Origin: Takakia lepidozioides
Taxonomy: Eukaryota; Plantae; Bryophyta
Length of the DNA: 64,000 nt
Direction of reading: 5' to 3'
NCBI GenBank assembly: GCA_030704615.1
Contig: CM060731.1
Coordinates: forward strand, 13,764,001 to 13,828,000
This document shows, piece by piece, positions 23,911-37,764 of the stretch. Both the position numbers and the translations under genes were made by a program. Under the pieces are notes generated by a model that was not told where the DNA came from, searched no databases, and was given only the letters and a program-made list of their open reading frames with translations. Position 1 is the stretch's first letter. Every line of letters starts with the position of its first letter.

Positions 23911-26582
23911 CAGAGAGTTCAAATGCCTCTCCACCATGACCTTGCTTAGCTAACCATGCCTTGCTGATGTTGTTGTCTTGCACTTGAGCTGTTTTTGGAC
24001 ACTGGCTGGAACATCCACAAGGCGGCTCTGCTCGAGAGAGAAATCAGCTTGAATGCAGGGGCAAATTTTGAGATCACAATCACCACTCAGAACGTTGTTC
24101 TTTGCACCGGCATGGCATGTCAGCATGCATATCAGCCCGAACTCATTATTCCGTGAGCCTTCCACTGCCGGAGTGTGCCCATTCAAGCCAGATCTTCGAA
24201 ATGCAGGGATGGAACGGGGTTTTGAAACCAGCATTGCCCAACTGGATACCCAATTCAGCTCCGCATCTTGGTCCATTAATCTGCTGCACATTGTGAAGTT
24301 TTCTGCCCGTTCACCGCAAGTTGAAGAAGGAGTATTCTTAAGACACGGGTACTCATAATCTGAAAATGGCTCTAGCTTATGTTGCTTGAGTGCGAATATG
24401 AGTGTGGTTGGCTTGGCAGCTTTACATCTGGTCCATCCCACTCGATATGATGAGCAGGTTCAGCTTGACTTCTCTCACACAAAAGACGCTGCCAAGATGG
24501 GGTTTGCTGCCCTACATGACTTCCCGTCGTTATTCTGGGCTGCAACATACAATTAATTTGGCCCATGGCAAGGGGCCTTGCCTTCCACCAATCATCTGTA
24601 AGTCCTGTGAAACTGTTTTTGTGGCAGTTTGTAAGCAGTGGGCAGCGATGGTGGGCTGTTGTAGGATTTGATGAACTCAATGTCGTGTACTGACAGCAAC
24701 CCCTCATCTCTTATGCAAGCATTCAACAAGCCAGGTTGACTGCAGAGCATATTCAGCCCCCCACGTTTCTAGTTGCCTAATGTTCTTCATCTCCTGGGCA
24801 GAGCATTTTCCAGGGTCTCCATCTATGATGACACACTATCTTCTCATGTGGTTCAGCTTCTGGTCTTGCTCTTGTTTGCACCACCCCAATGAAGGGCAGT
24901 TCCCACCTGCTTGATTCTCTCCATATGGTTGTCTTGGCAGGGTTTCCCACAACCGCCTTTCCTTTTCAGACTGCCAGTCATCAGCCTCGTTCTCCAATGC
25001 TTCACTTTCTTTCCAAGTGAAGTGCTCTCCTCTTTTATGCTTCAACGTCCCTGCAGGTGTTTTTTCCTTCATCTCCCGTGGTGCTTTCGAATGAATGAGC
25101 ACTAATTTGCATCTGTTGGCAACACTTACGGTGTCCCTTTCCTTGCATGCCACTGCAGCCCGTCATTGACTTTCTTGGCAGGGAAGTCTCCTCCTTCTCC
25201 CTCATTTTCTGGCTCTGTTGGTGCCCCACTCACCATGCTATCAGGGCTGCATTTATTTCGTGGTGTTGCGCCAGCCAAGGGCGATCTTTCACTAGTCCGA
25301 TTGTTGGCAGCAGCTGATTGGAGTCTTCTTGGCAGAATCTCCCACGAGCTCCCATCAATTTCAGGCATCAGGTTTTCTACCCTGCCCTTCCACTTTTCAT
25401 AAGCGAGGTGCCTGTCTTCCTCCCTTTCACTCTTCAGCCTCTCAGGCAGATTTTTCTTTATGCGATTGCTGCTCCTATACTTCCAGTCCTTGTTTAATTT
25501 TCTCCAGCCATCACCCTCAGATTTGACAAGGTATTGCTGCCCTTCCTTGTGTCTTTCCTCACTCCCAGCTGCTGGTTTTATCCCAGATTCACCTCTCATC
25601 CTTGCCTGGGGTTTTGCTTGCCAAATAGCCCTTGTGTGGGGAACTTCAATGAAATGCAACATCTCATTCTCAGCTCCTGTCTTTGTACCTCTTTGCAGCA
25701 GTCCAGCCTCGGGTGCCTCACTTTCTGATTGCTAGGTTGCATTCTTCGACCGCCAACCTTTGACAAGAAAGTGTACTCCATCTTCCTCATCTTCTACTGG
25801 TTCCCTTGATGCTTCACCTCGTATGTCTTCCTCCTCATGTTTTAGCAGCAGCTCCCATGCTTGAATTGCTACTTTTCCTCGTAGTTGATCTTGTGCTTTC
25901 CTTTTTCTCCGTAGCTTAATCAATTGTTTTGTCTTGGCAGCTCCCTTGCCATGAGTGCCTTGTCTCACTGCATCTCCTTGGCTGCCCACCATCCGTGGAG
26001 TCTTTCTTGCACCATTTTGACCCTCGTTGGCATGCACTTTGCTGTGATGCCCTACATGTATTTGCTGCTCCCTTTAATCATCAACATAGTGCTCCAGAGC
26101 CAGTTCCTCATTGTTGACTAGTTGACCTTCTCAGCCCTTGGACCCCATTTTCCCTTCTCCCATGTTGCCTCGTCTTTCTGCTTCATCATTTGCTTTACTT
26201 GCACGATGTTGCTTCTTCCCTACATCTCATCATGTGTTGTGGCTCTTTCCCATGTTGCACTCACTCCCATCACACGTTGTGCAGTTGATAAGACTGAGAT
26301 GAGTTGATGCAAGATAGGGGGAGGGCTTGCTGGTGTATGTTGTCCGATAGGCCCCACCACAGAGTCAAAGCTGGAAGTCAGCCTTGCAAGGACCCAAGGA
26401 GTAAGTCTGGGGGGGTAGCATCTTGGGGGATGGCAGTTAGGGCAATGTGTATCTAGGGCAATATATGTCATAGCAACGGGGGTGATGTGCTGCCAATTTT
26501 GAGGATAGAGACAGCCTGTAAGTTGTAGATTTGTATCAGTGGTTTCTTCTGACACATATTGCTCCCAGTTTGCCACAACCAG
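23911..26582 (-). mobile_element. Unclassified ~2.7-kb insertion interrupting the PPR relic (possibly a decayed LINE 5' region)
   Basis: PPR sequence stops at ..GVKSDHITF (23910) and resumes at ICVCSACAS (~26584); the insert has purine-rich, broken minus-strand ORFs. Confidence 0.45.
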
Positions 26583-26730
26583 TTTTATTTGCGTTTGTAG
26601 TGCATGTGCGAGCCTGTTGGGGAAGGGCAAAGAGGTCCATGGTTGCATCATCAAAGCTGGAATTGTGGCAGATGTCATTCTGAACAATACCCTTGTGGAC
26701 AGGGAGTGTTCAACAATATGGCTGAGCGAA
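26583..26730 (+). pseudogene. Continuation of the PPR relic
   Basis: FICVCSACASLLGKGKEVHGCIIKAGIVADVILNNTLVD; nearly identical to 23645-23790. Confidence 0.8.
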
Positions 26731-26750
26731 GGATAGAGTGTAATGACTGC

Positions 26751-27830
26751 TAATGAAGGTACCTTCTTCAATTTCACCTTGTTTCCCCTCTTATCAGAAT
26801 CGCCCCTAATTATTCATGTCTGAATTCTGCAAGTTAGCTGGTTGAGTGAAGCTTTGATAGTTTGGAGTGACTTGACATGATTCTGCCAATGTGACAACAA
26901 GAAAGTATCAGAAACAGGTAACACAGACGAGGAGAAGTTGTGGAATGAATACTTTTCTGACCCAGTCAATGGTGGGACAATCGAGGCAGAAGGTGAATGT
27001 TTGTTGGATTATAGAGAGTAGTAGATGCAATTGAGCGTAGGAATTAGTGTGATAAGTGAGTTGGGTGCTTCCTAGAACAAGTCTAGGGTGTCATCGTCAA
27101 CTGCTAGCAACAAGGCAAGGTTGTATGCATGATTCGTGCGAGGCATGGATAGCTGAAGGAGCAAGAATAGAGTGTGGGTGCAGATTCACCCAAGAGGGCC
27201 AGACTTCAAGCTCCAAATGAACTATGAAGCTACAAGAAACGTGCATGGGTAGATGGTCAACTGGCAGCAACGACACAATTGATAAAATCAGACATTGTTA
27301 ATGAAGGCATCTTCTTCAGCACATTTCACCCTGTTTTTCCCTCTTATCAGAATCAGCCCAAAATTTCCATGTTGAATTCTGCAAGTTAGCTGGTTGAGTG
27401 AATCTAGTTTGGAGTGACTTTGACATGATACTGCTATGTGACAACAGGAAAGTATCAAAAAACAAGTAACAGACATGAGGAGAAGCTGTGGAATGAATAC
27501 TTTTCTGCCCCTAGTCAATGATGGGACAACCGAGGCAAAAAGGTGAATGCCTGCTACATTTCAGAGAGTATCAGACGCAATTGAGCATAGGAACTAGTGT
27601 GATAAGCTGAGTTGGGTGTTTCCTAGAACAAATATAGGTTGTCATTGTCAGCTACTAGCAGCAAGGCAAGGATGAATGCATGATTTGTGCAGGGGCATGG
27701 ATAGCTGAAGGAGCAGGGATAGAGTGTGGTCCAGATTCATCCTAGAGAGCCAAATTTCAAGCACAAGATTTACCTATGATTCCCTGTGGATCAATAACTA
27801 CAAGAAACCTCCATGGGTAGATTGTCTATT
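26751..27830. repeat. ~550-bp diverged tandem duplication (26751-~27260 and 27299-~27830)
   Basis: Both units start taatgaagg..cttcttca..tttcacc..ctcttatcagaatc and share tgaattctgcaagttagctggttgagtgaa and ggcatggatagctgaaggagca. Confidence 0.85.
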
Positions 27831-30800
27831 CCATGGAACTCACTGAAGTCTTGCATTATGAGGATCAGAACTGCTTGACAGCTTACTTGCACGAGGCCTT
27901 GACCCTTAGGCAATCCCCAGAGCAGCAGTAGCTTTTGGGCTGCTTTTTTACTTTGTGTTTTTCATTTTGTTCCATAAGCTCTTTGAGCTTTCCGCAGATG
28001 TAATAAAGTACCATTTTGTTTCATTTAATTCATTTTCATTTCATTTTGTTTCATGGCATGTCTTTCATTGTTTGTGCATTTCTAATGCATGATTAGTTCT
28101 CTTGTATGGCATTACTAGTCGACTCACTACAAACACCAAAACTCCAAAGCATGAATCACTATGAATGATTGTTCAAGTAATTTCGAGCACTTCATGTAAA
28201 GTAGTAAAGCAGTGGTTGCGCCAACTTCCGCAGTCGCAATTGCTACTTGGGCATGTAGCACTGCAAGTTATGTGGTCTACTACACGTGGCGCCCGGGCCC
28301 GTGGCCACGTGGCAGCAGTGCTGCTCGTCGTGGCGCCGCCACGTCGGCGTCCACATCGTCGTCCACGTCGCGTCCATGTGTCACCGCGCCCCGGGTGAGT
28401 CAGTCCACTATCTAGAGGGAAAAGTCAAAGTCAGCCCAAAGGTCAGACACACGGGCGGCCGCCTGGTTACGCCACGTGTGGTTCTTCAGCATTAATCGCA
28501 TTAATCGTTGAGCAGTTGTTCGCGCGTCTGCGTCCTTTACCACTCCAATCATTGGATGTCCAACCCAACTACCACATCTGTTGTAACTTCCAATCGATCC
28601 CATTTTTTTGACTTTTACGACTCAAAATGAGTCGTTACCCCAGTGGTAAATGACACGAATGCTTCTAGTGATTGTCAACTTAAGCAATAACAGATCAGGC
28701 TGGAGGTTGGAGGAGGTTGGAGAAGAAGAATTTTTCTGATGTTTTCATATTACGATGAGGAACAAGTGATACGATCATCGTCTATGACTGAATTCGGGTT
28801 CCTATCTCGTAATTCAAGCTCCCACGATGGTTGTCTCATTTGTTCCTGAGCGGATTGTGAAGCTCTGTTTAAATCTCTCTTCAAATGGATTGAAGTAATT
28901 TTGGCGGCTTCAAAATTCTTTCCCTGACGAACTGATGGCCACCTTGTGGTCGATTGAAATCTGGATGCACTCGGCTCGTTGTGGTTCTCAATGGTGGTAG
29001 AGGCAGAGATCTGTCGCGTGATCACTCGTGGTTCGAAAAGCAGACTTCAGCATCGTCCTGGTTCTCCAGCCGACTGCCAAAGTGTTATATTACCTCAACA
29101 GTGCCACATGTGATTGGTCGGGGTGATGTTTTTTCTATGCTCACGCATTCAACAACGAAAATGTTGTCATTTGAAGATGTGATGATTCTGCAGGCATAGT
29201 GAGTTACTTCAGGTCAGTTACAACGAGGGAACTCAAGGTATTCAGATAATCCGTCCCGGAATATTTTACACCATCATCTTGGATGATTCATTGATGTGTT
29301 TTAGAACACGCACTCAAATCATCGAGGCTGATGGTGTCACTTGTTCCCTGGCGGATTATTCAAGTATCTTATAATCCTAGTCTTTAAGTTGTTTGAAGTC
29401 ATTCTCCCTGCTTTCATAATCCGATCTCCAACAATTGACAGCATCCTCGTGGTGTTTTTTTTGGTTCCTATATCCTTCGTTTGGAGATCCATTATTCTTT
29501 TGAGGAACACCAATGATTAACATCGCGCGATCACGCCTGCTTTTCTAAGAGCTGACCTGTTCCAATGTCCATCATTGCACACCAAAATGGTTTTACGAGG
29601 AGGCAGAATGTCAGTAATTGAACATCAATCTCCAGCGACATTCTCGTCGTTTTCATGTGGACTGGACGCCAAAGGAGGAACACTGTCGCTAACAATCTGT
29701 GCAAACAATCTCAACAATCATATGTACATCAAGGTGTTTGATACTGCGTATGTTCATGTAGCTGATTTCTATAAGAGTCTTTTTGCTATTCCCATTCCAA
29801 CAACATCAGGTCCACTGAGACTGCCATATTCCGAAATCGGAATCAGACACCACCTACATGATAAGCTAAGAATGAAATCTTAGCCCAGAGAAATATCTCA
29901 AGTTGCTGGCCAACTACTTATGGGCTAGGGTGTTTCTCTTGAGTCGCATACAATGAATCGAAGATCTAGTTCTCAGCTGATGGTTTTATATTGGTCAATG
30001 ATGGTGGGCCGTGGCTGATACGGGAGCCTGAATATGACAGTCTCTAGGGACCTGATACTACTCGCATGAAAATAGCAAAACGACTGCTATACAATTCAGC
30101 TACAGGAACAACAATAGCATCAAACACCTAGCAGTAAATAGGATTTTTGACATTGCTTGTGACAACTCCAATCAGTTAGTTGGTGGTTAGTCAGTTGGAG
30201 ACTATTTAGTTGGTAATCAGTTTACGAGTGCTTTACATTAAATCGTCAGAAGTACCACAGTCCGTCACAGATGAACCTCGACTGGTCACCCGACACTATT
30301 TCCTTGAAGATGTCGCAGAAAACGTCACTCTCTCCATCAACGTACTCGCCACCGAGCCACTCTCCAGAAGCATACGAGCAGCATATGTACTCCCCAATTG
30401 GATACTTTCAGTATCTTACTCCAGGGTCAGTTACTTGGACATTATGTTTTGAAGAGCATACGAGTAATTCATCATCTTCGCGATTCACTGAAAGTTTGCA
30501 AGACCGCCAATTCTTCGAGAAGTATAGCTGAACTTCGGTCGCACAAGACATTGTTGGTTGGCGTAATATTGGAGGATTATTTTTTGTGAGGTCATCACCA
30601 TATCAACGATTCTCGAGACAACATTTCAGGGACTTCTTCCATCAAACCTTCGGAACAACGGAAGAATACAGATTTGAAAATGGTCCCTCCAACCTTGTCA
30701 AAATATCGTGATTTTGGGAAATGACTTTCCTCAAAATATTCTCATCATAAGTACGTCGGCTGACATCGTCTTGTGCTAATGGAGTTCAGCCCTCCTTCTA

Positions 30801-31111
30801 GAAATTGATACTCTCATTGACATGGTTTACGTTACTTGTATTGGTCCATGCCGCATGGGGCAAGAGTTACTCAAATTGATATGGTTCTGAAATAAAACCT
30901 GCTTGTTTATCATCAATGTCTCCCCATTGTCTTTCATTTCATTTCATGGTATTGTGTCATTGTGCCATGTTTTGCTTACATATTTGATTGATTTGTCTTG
31001 TACGTTACATAGTAACGGCCTTCTTAAGCTCAGTCGCGGTTACGAATATGACTGGTGCTCCAATCATCCATCAAGCCGCGGATCATGAGACGAGTTATCA
31101 CCCGACACCCG

Positions 31112-31333
31112 TTTTTTAAATTTATTTTTTTAATGTAATGGAAACACCTGGGAGCGACAGCTCACAAATCAGGCCCCTTAATAGTATAACCTCTTTCACA
31201 GTAACCCCGCCATGTGGCGTTGGAATGGGACACCACCCAGGAACATACCACACTCGTCAGTAGCAAGATTTGACCCCATCATCATCTTGGTGGCACTCAG
31301 TGTACTTCACCAACTGAGCTACTAACTGTTGGT
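31112..31333 (-). mobile_element. tRNA-derived SINE-like element
   Basis: Minus strand has an A-box TAGCTCAGTTGG (31310-31321), a B-box-like GGTCAAATC (31267-31275) and an A-rich tail (T-rich 31112-31131 on +). Confidence 0.6.
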
Positions 31334-31609
31334 ATCTCATTCAACTCTTACTAAACGTCGAGTGAACAGTGGAACTTGCTTTATGAGCCAAATAAAAACT
31401 GCTTTTTCTCTCGAAGTTTATACATAATGTTTCTTTATTGCTCATTATATATATTAAGACAAACAATTATTTATATCTTTATGTTTATATTTAAAATGAT
31501 CCATTTAAATTCATTTAAATGATTTAAAAATACATATTCAGATATTTCTCCTTATTTCTGGACCAAACTTTAGTCCAGATTTACTTAAAATTGTGTTACA
31601 AGCTGCATT

Positions 31610-32000
31610 ACTTTATCACATGATCAAGTTTTTCATGCACGGACAAAACATATTGAAGTACAATATCATTATATCTATGATGGTATTTTACGAGGCTTTG
31701 TCAAATTGCAATACAGTAAAATAGAAGATAATCTTGCTGATATTTTTACGAAGTCTTTGACCAAGTTCAAGCACGAGAAAGTGTTGCTAGGATTGGCACC
31801 AGAGTCCTTTGATTTATAACATTTTGTTGATTCAAGTATTTCAAGTTTACAGTCGGGCATTTATGTGTAGATTCATAGTAGTTTAGAGCCTGATCACCTC
31901 TAGACAAATCTTAGCTTACTCATGTCTTTTTCATTATTTACTTTCAGTGATACACTTACACTTTCACTGACCCACAATCTAAGTGGGGGTGTTAGAAGGA
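31610..32000 (+). mobile_element. Ty1/copia 3' remnant (RNase H C-terminus, PPT, LTR start)
   Basis: Translates as QVFHARTKHIEVQYHYI...EDNLADIFTKSL; followed by AAGTGGGGG-TGTTAG at ~31981-31995. Confidence 0.82.
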
Positions 32001-32110
32001 TGAGTTCATCCAATAGATTAGTAAGTCAGTATTATTAAAAGAAATTGACAGTTACACCACACAGACTCTCGACTATTCGCAATGCTAATAGCATAGCCTT
32101 GATCCAGGAT

Positions 32111-32240
32111 GGCGACGAAAACCACATTCCCAAAGTACCCCGTCGGAAGGTCCAGACGTTTCCTTAGATCCACGGCAACGTGGTATCCTATCTCCTCTAA
32201 CGGGATCAGATGGTTTGATGGCGCATCGAGCTTTAGTAAC
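32111..32240 (-). pseudogene. Isolated ~130-bp copy of BAHD exon 3
   Basis: EEIGYHVAVDLRKRLDLPTGYFGNVVF matches 41586-41719 (EEIGYHVAVDLRKRMGLPTGYFGNVVF). Confidence 0.88.
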
Positions 32241-33522
32241 ACATCAGTGTGCCTGGGGGACACTAATACAACGTTAGAAGCACAGAGATCAAGGAGGAAG
32301 GAGGGAGGCTCATTGGTTATTTCTAAGCTGGGTTATCTCTTGTGGACATTGTTCATGGAGCAGGTTTTCTGGTCATGTGTCTACTTGCTTCTGGCCGCAT
32401 ATGCTGCAGCTTTTGCCCTTGGGCTCACATCTCCAGTTATGTGGAGTAAGCTTGATACGGTAAATCATCGAACAAGGTACACATCAGGAGCTTGTTAGTA
32501 AACCCAATGGTGCATATTCTTGCTTGATCAGCTTGCAACAGCATAGCAAATACTAAGGTCAAATAGATTGGTTGAAGCTTTTGGATAGCGTGGTGTTACT
32601 GAATAGGACATCAGTTGAGTTTTCTTTCTATTTCTAATATGATTATCTCCAAAATGTGTAGTTGCCTTGGTATCGCTAGTTTCTCTTTGGCTTATGTGTA
32701 TTGATGCTGCTCCACGTATATCATATATCCCTGGGGGATACAATCTACAATTACATTAGTCTTTATCTATTAATTCTATCAACGAATGCAATTGGAGGGG
32801 CATACATGCTCATGCGGGGACGACAAATACTCATTGCTTCCGCTGAGGCGATTGCAAGAGCAGAATGTTTGACCTGCTGTAATTTGTTGGCGATTCGCCC
32901 ACTCCTCACTGCAACTGCCAGCAAATTACAACAGGTCATACACAATAAAATAGAAAAAAAAACAAAGAAAAGGAAGGGGAGAAAAAATTGGGAGACCTCA
33001 CTCACTCGCAGGTGTCGCCGCGAGAGAATACAAGCAAATGATGGGTCCAACAACCGACACCAACAAAACAAAGAACCGATCACAGGGTGCAGGTTTTGCT
33101 TGTGGTGACGTGCAATATTGCTGGAGGAAATACCTCTCTACACTTGAATACATTTTAAGCATTGTAGGAGTCTCCAATAAAAAGTATCTAGGGATTTGAA
33201 AATTGTTTTGAAGTGCAGAGATGCTGGCATTATGGATGCCTCCTCTGGTGCCGACAACAATGACAATAAGTGGGCATGTGGCCCACCCCCGCCGGCGGAT
33301 AGCAATGATAAGTGGTGCGTATTTTTGGCGTTTTTCGAAGATGGAGGAGTTGGGGAAGCCGTCGTGGCAGTATGTAAATTCTATGAAATGTATGGTGATG
33401 TCTGGGGACGGTACAGTGGGTGAGGAACCGTTAATGGGAAGACCCTGGACTAGGGGGATATCCGGGCATAGTCTGGTAGGGCATGTGCATGATGTGTGAG
33501 GTCGACATACACAAGGAAGTAG

Positions 33523-33972
33523 CTATGTAGGTACCGTTACTTGTTTCAATTCATAACATAAAATCTTATCCAGCCGAAAATTACTACCCAATATGTCTAA
33601 ACCATCTATTTTAGTTTTGAACACCCAAGAATCTTGCATTGGGAGTGCTTGATATAAATCTCCAATAATGATAGTGTCAAGGCCTCCGAAAAAACTAATG
33701 TGTATTCGTTTAGTTTTGTCAAATTTTGTCAAACAAGACGTATAATAACTAGTTGCAACATACGGATCCAAAATAAATTGTGTGTCGGTGTTCACTTGCC
33801 ATAATGGTCCAGCTAATCTTCCAAATGCATTCATACGAATGTTTTGGGTTGACATCACAAAAACATATTTGATAATTTTTTTTCTACTTCTTTGTGCATA
33901 AAGATAGGTTTCTTCATCAATATTTAACGAGACCAAAAAATCATCAAAAGATATGTTCTCACCAATGTCCAT
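33523..33972 (-). mobile_element. Helitron-type Rep/helicase fragment with internal deletion
   Basis: Rep C-terminal motif NAF..LWQVNTDTQFILDPY..SY..TK joined to Pif1-helicase motif FGGLDTIIIGDLYQALP. Confidence 0.75.
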
Positions 33973-36820
33973 TTCATTTAATCTTTTGAAAATACGGTTG
34001 GTGTTTTGTTGTAACTCTAGTGATAGGATTTGGGATTTTTACATGGAGGCTAAGGACACAAGTTTGAGGGAGAGTCTACAGTGTATTACAGATGTCAAAG
34101 AGACAGTGAATGATGGCGTTAGAGACTTGAGAGAGACAGTCAGCGACGTGGTGAAGGAGGTTAGAGAGTCTACGCTTGTTTGTGATAGGATAGGGTTCGA
34201 GTGTCTTAAGAGTAGGTTAGTGAGAGAAGAAACCTCCAAGAGCAAGCCAGAAACAAGACCATTTCTTACCGTACCCTTGTTCTACAAAGGATTAACGCTT
34301 AGCATCACTATTCCAAAGATACGCGGACATTTCATTGCTCGGATGGGCCTTGGAACTATATCCTAGACCGAATATTTACAACCTTTCATATCTAAGGAAT
34401 GTGATCCAAGGGGTCATTTATAGCTCATACTACTAGTCTGGTAGTATTTATTATACATATCTCTTCATGAACTATAAAAGAGCTTTGGCTCTTTGCAATC
34501 TTGTGAGGAATATACTCAATAATTATTACATATATTATATATATATATATATACTATTATGTCTCTCCCTTAGTACCATAAATTTGAATCTTCCACAAGT
34601 TTTGTGTTCAAAGGTTTTGGAGTAATTACATATATATACATGTCTTTGTATCTAAAGATTAGTGAATTCTTCCCAGATATTTTACAAAATAATGAGCGAA
34701 TGGACTATACTTATAGACAACATGAAACACCAAAGAAAGCAAAGGCAGATCATACAGAAATGAGCTCAGAAATTACCTCACTGATTTGAAGAGGAATTTT
34801 GACAACATATATACCAAACATATATCGAGAGACACATTCGTTTGTTTTTACCGTTGTTGGGGGGGTATCATATTATAGTGAGATCTGCCATGATTGCAAT
34901 TGAAGAGAATCAATTTCAAGCCAAGTGACCATTTTTTTTATACTGGTAACACACTTGATATCCTCTTTCTTCTTGGTTTTTGAGTGTTTTTGAGTTATAG
35001 TAATGTATTACCTTTTGTCTCATTATGCATATTTCCTTATATTTATTTCATTAAGAGCCCTACCCACAGTGAGATTTGTAAAATTTTAAATGGTTGTATA
35101 ATACATATATAGCTCTCGAGCAAATTCGTTAACAAAACTTACCCCCTGAATAATTCCAGATAAATTTTTTCATGGCCTCAGTAGTTCCCTGTTCAAAGGG
35201 AAAAAAAGAATAAAAGAAAGAAACTACAATGCTTTTTGTTTGTGCAGAAGCTATTGACATGTTTTTCTACCGAATTATTTCTCTTTCTTTCTTTGTGCAT
35301 AAAGTTCTTAATTACTGATATTTTATACATTAAATCTTTTGACTGAGAAACATTTGCAAGTTGCTCCCATAGTTGCTTCTTGTTATGTAGGTTCGTGTGA
35401 CCTTACTCATTCCCATTACCTTAAACCCACCTATTATGCACGACATGTGGTGCACATAATAGAAATAGGTGAGGTTATTTTCTCCTCTCACTATAATTAA
35501 GGGCCTGATTTGTAAGCAGTATTTTCCTTTAAAAAAAAAAAAAAAAAATAGGTGGTGTGGTTGATACATGTTGGATGGTGCCTTTAAATGACAGATTGAA
35601 GCTTATGCAAAATCACCTGCAAATTTATGAATCCTGAGGGCTAAGGGACATGCCTTATGGAAGAACTCCTCATCAATACTAGAAATTCTCCAAAGTAGAT
35701 TGTCAAGCAATAATACATGTGCAACTTTCTCATAAACTCTGCACTACTTTATAACTAATATATATATATTAACACAAATTAAAGATGAACTTATTCAACT
35801 CACTAAGGGCCACATATTGATGTCAAATTTAAAGTCTTCACTAACTTGCATGGGACAAAGTCCAGATTACCTACATCCTCTATCGTCGTTACGACTTACG
35901 ACTCCACTCTAGGAATATCTGTAATATATATATATATATATATATTGATTATTCATCCAATTATATTTCTTTTTCATAGTGAATATGAGGATACAAAAGC
36001 CTTCATGCCACAATTAGCCTAGTGCAGCCACCATGGCACCCCCGGTAGCGGTTATTTTTTCCTCTTGTACTTCTCGGACATTTTGTCCTTATTTATAAAG
36101 CATGAGGCCTCCGTCCCTCCGACTTCTCCAAAAAAAAGAAACAAAAAACAAAAGTAAAAAATCTTAGTTAGTTGACAACACTGCCTATTTCCACGGAACG
36201 GGCCCATCCACCCTAGTGGGGTAAATAATTATAGACGTGACGGTTTCTATATTAGCTCCACCCCCAGAAGCATCACTTTTACTAGCAAGGCTGACTCTGC
36301 ATGTCCCTCACATTATGTCCATATTTTCTGTAAGATTTTATTTATACAAAACCCTTCAGTCGTCAAGAAGGAAACACCAGCCCCAGCAACTGGGCCTTGA
36401 GGGGGAAAATAAATCCCCTTTCTGAGCCGTGGAGGCATTACCGGGGGAGAGCCCCAGCCCCAAGGCAGAGAGATAGATGATATGGTTTGAGCTTTAAGCC
36501 CCAAACCCAAAATCTCTTTTGTAATTATCTCAAAATAAAATATCCGGTGTCTAGCTAATTCTACCATGTTGACAGTAGAGACAAGGTAAGGAAGAGACAA
36601 GTGAGAGAGAAGAATATAAGCACTGCGTATATTCCATCCATTTACAAGGAGGGTCAAAGCTCTTTTTATGGTTCATGAAGAGGTAGGTATGTATTGGAAA
36701 TATGACCAAGATTTTCACCATGTGAATTTCAGGGTTATCCTCTGGAATCTTAGTAGGGTTTAGGGTTGGATTCCCAGTCCCCGAATGAGTGGCCAGGAGA
36801 ACTCAGGAAACATTTTATAT

Positions 36821-37502
36821 GGCTTCTCATTGTTTGATAATTGGGTCTTGAATGCGGGCACGTGCGGTTGTGGCGGGCCCGCGGGTGGCACAGGTTCACG
36901 CAGGGTGGGGCGACCCCTACCCGGCGTAGGGGAAGCGAGAGGGGAAGTGAGTCTATTGGGCCCACAAAACACCTGAAGATATGTAGATATATAATTAATT
37001 ATTTCAAGGGATTGGGGGGGTAGCGGCTAGTGTGATGGTAAGGAGCAATTTGTGTTCAATGTGAGGTATGCTGCTCAAATCTTGGCAGGTGGTAATGTGT
37101 GTTAATTTTGTTTGAGGAGGGTCCGAAGGTTGGAGTTAGGCTGGAGTTAGGCGGTCGCCAGTTGGAGTCTGTCGCCAGTCAGTCCACTCGTCAATCGCCA
37201 GTCTGGTGAGTCCGCTTGCCATTCTGTCGGACTCAGTCCACTCGCCAATCGCCAGTCTTCTCACCAAGTCCGCCGGTCAGTAAACTCGCCACTCGCCAGT
37301 CAGTCCGCTCGCCAGTTGGAGTCAGTCATTGAGGGTTTGGCCAGTCCGCTAGAAGGTCCGCCGCCGTTAGAGAACTAGGACTTACAAAAAATTCAGAATC
37401 TAGACCCGGTGAAAGGGGGTTGGGTTCATGAGCTCACCCCATAGGCCGTACTGGCGGGGCCCATAGTTGCATTCAAGACCCAATTATTAAAAAATGAGAG
37501 CC
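36821..37502. mobile_element. MITE (Mutator- or hAT-like), 682 bp
   Basis: ~34-bp imperfect TIRs GGCTTCTCATTGTTTGATAATTGGGTCTTGAATGC / GCATTCAAGACCCAATTATTAAAAAATGAGAGCC; 8-bp TSD TTTTATAT (36813-36820, 37503-37510); internal TCGCCAGTCAGTCC repeats. Confidence 0.82.
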
Positions 37503-37764
37503 TTTTATATGTGTACTACCTAGCAAGTATAGATACACTTTCTTAACACATGACACTTTTCTTGCTGTTCTAAAGACCCAGGTCTGAGAGTGAGAGGTTG
37601 GGGTAGCCTTCGAGGTAGTTAGAGAGGGAGGGGATTTTTCATGAAGTGGAGTACGTAAGACCTCCTAGTCTTACATTGGAATCACTGCAGAGGTCAACCC
37701 ACTGTTTTTGTTTTGGGGGCTGATACTTTCTGTCCACTAGCTGTGCGCAGGGTCCCCAGTAGCA

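Noticed and set aside
28165-30900. Protein-coding genes among the short ORFs
   Set aside because: No recognisable motifs or consistent exon structure; the GC-rich CCACGT block at 28280-28480 may be a TE end but no partner was found.
31260-31333. Functional tRNA gene
   Set aside because: A and B boxes are present but there is no convincing cloverleaf; better explained as a SINE head.
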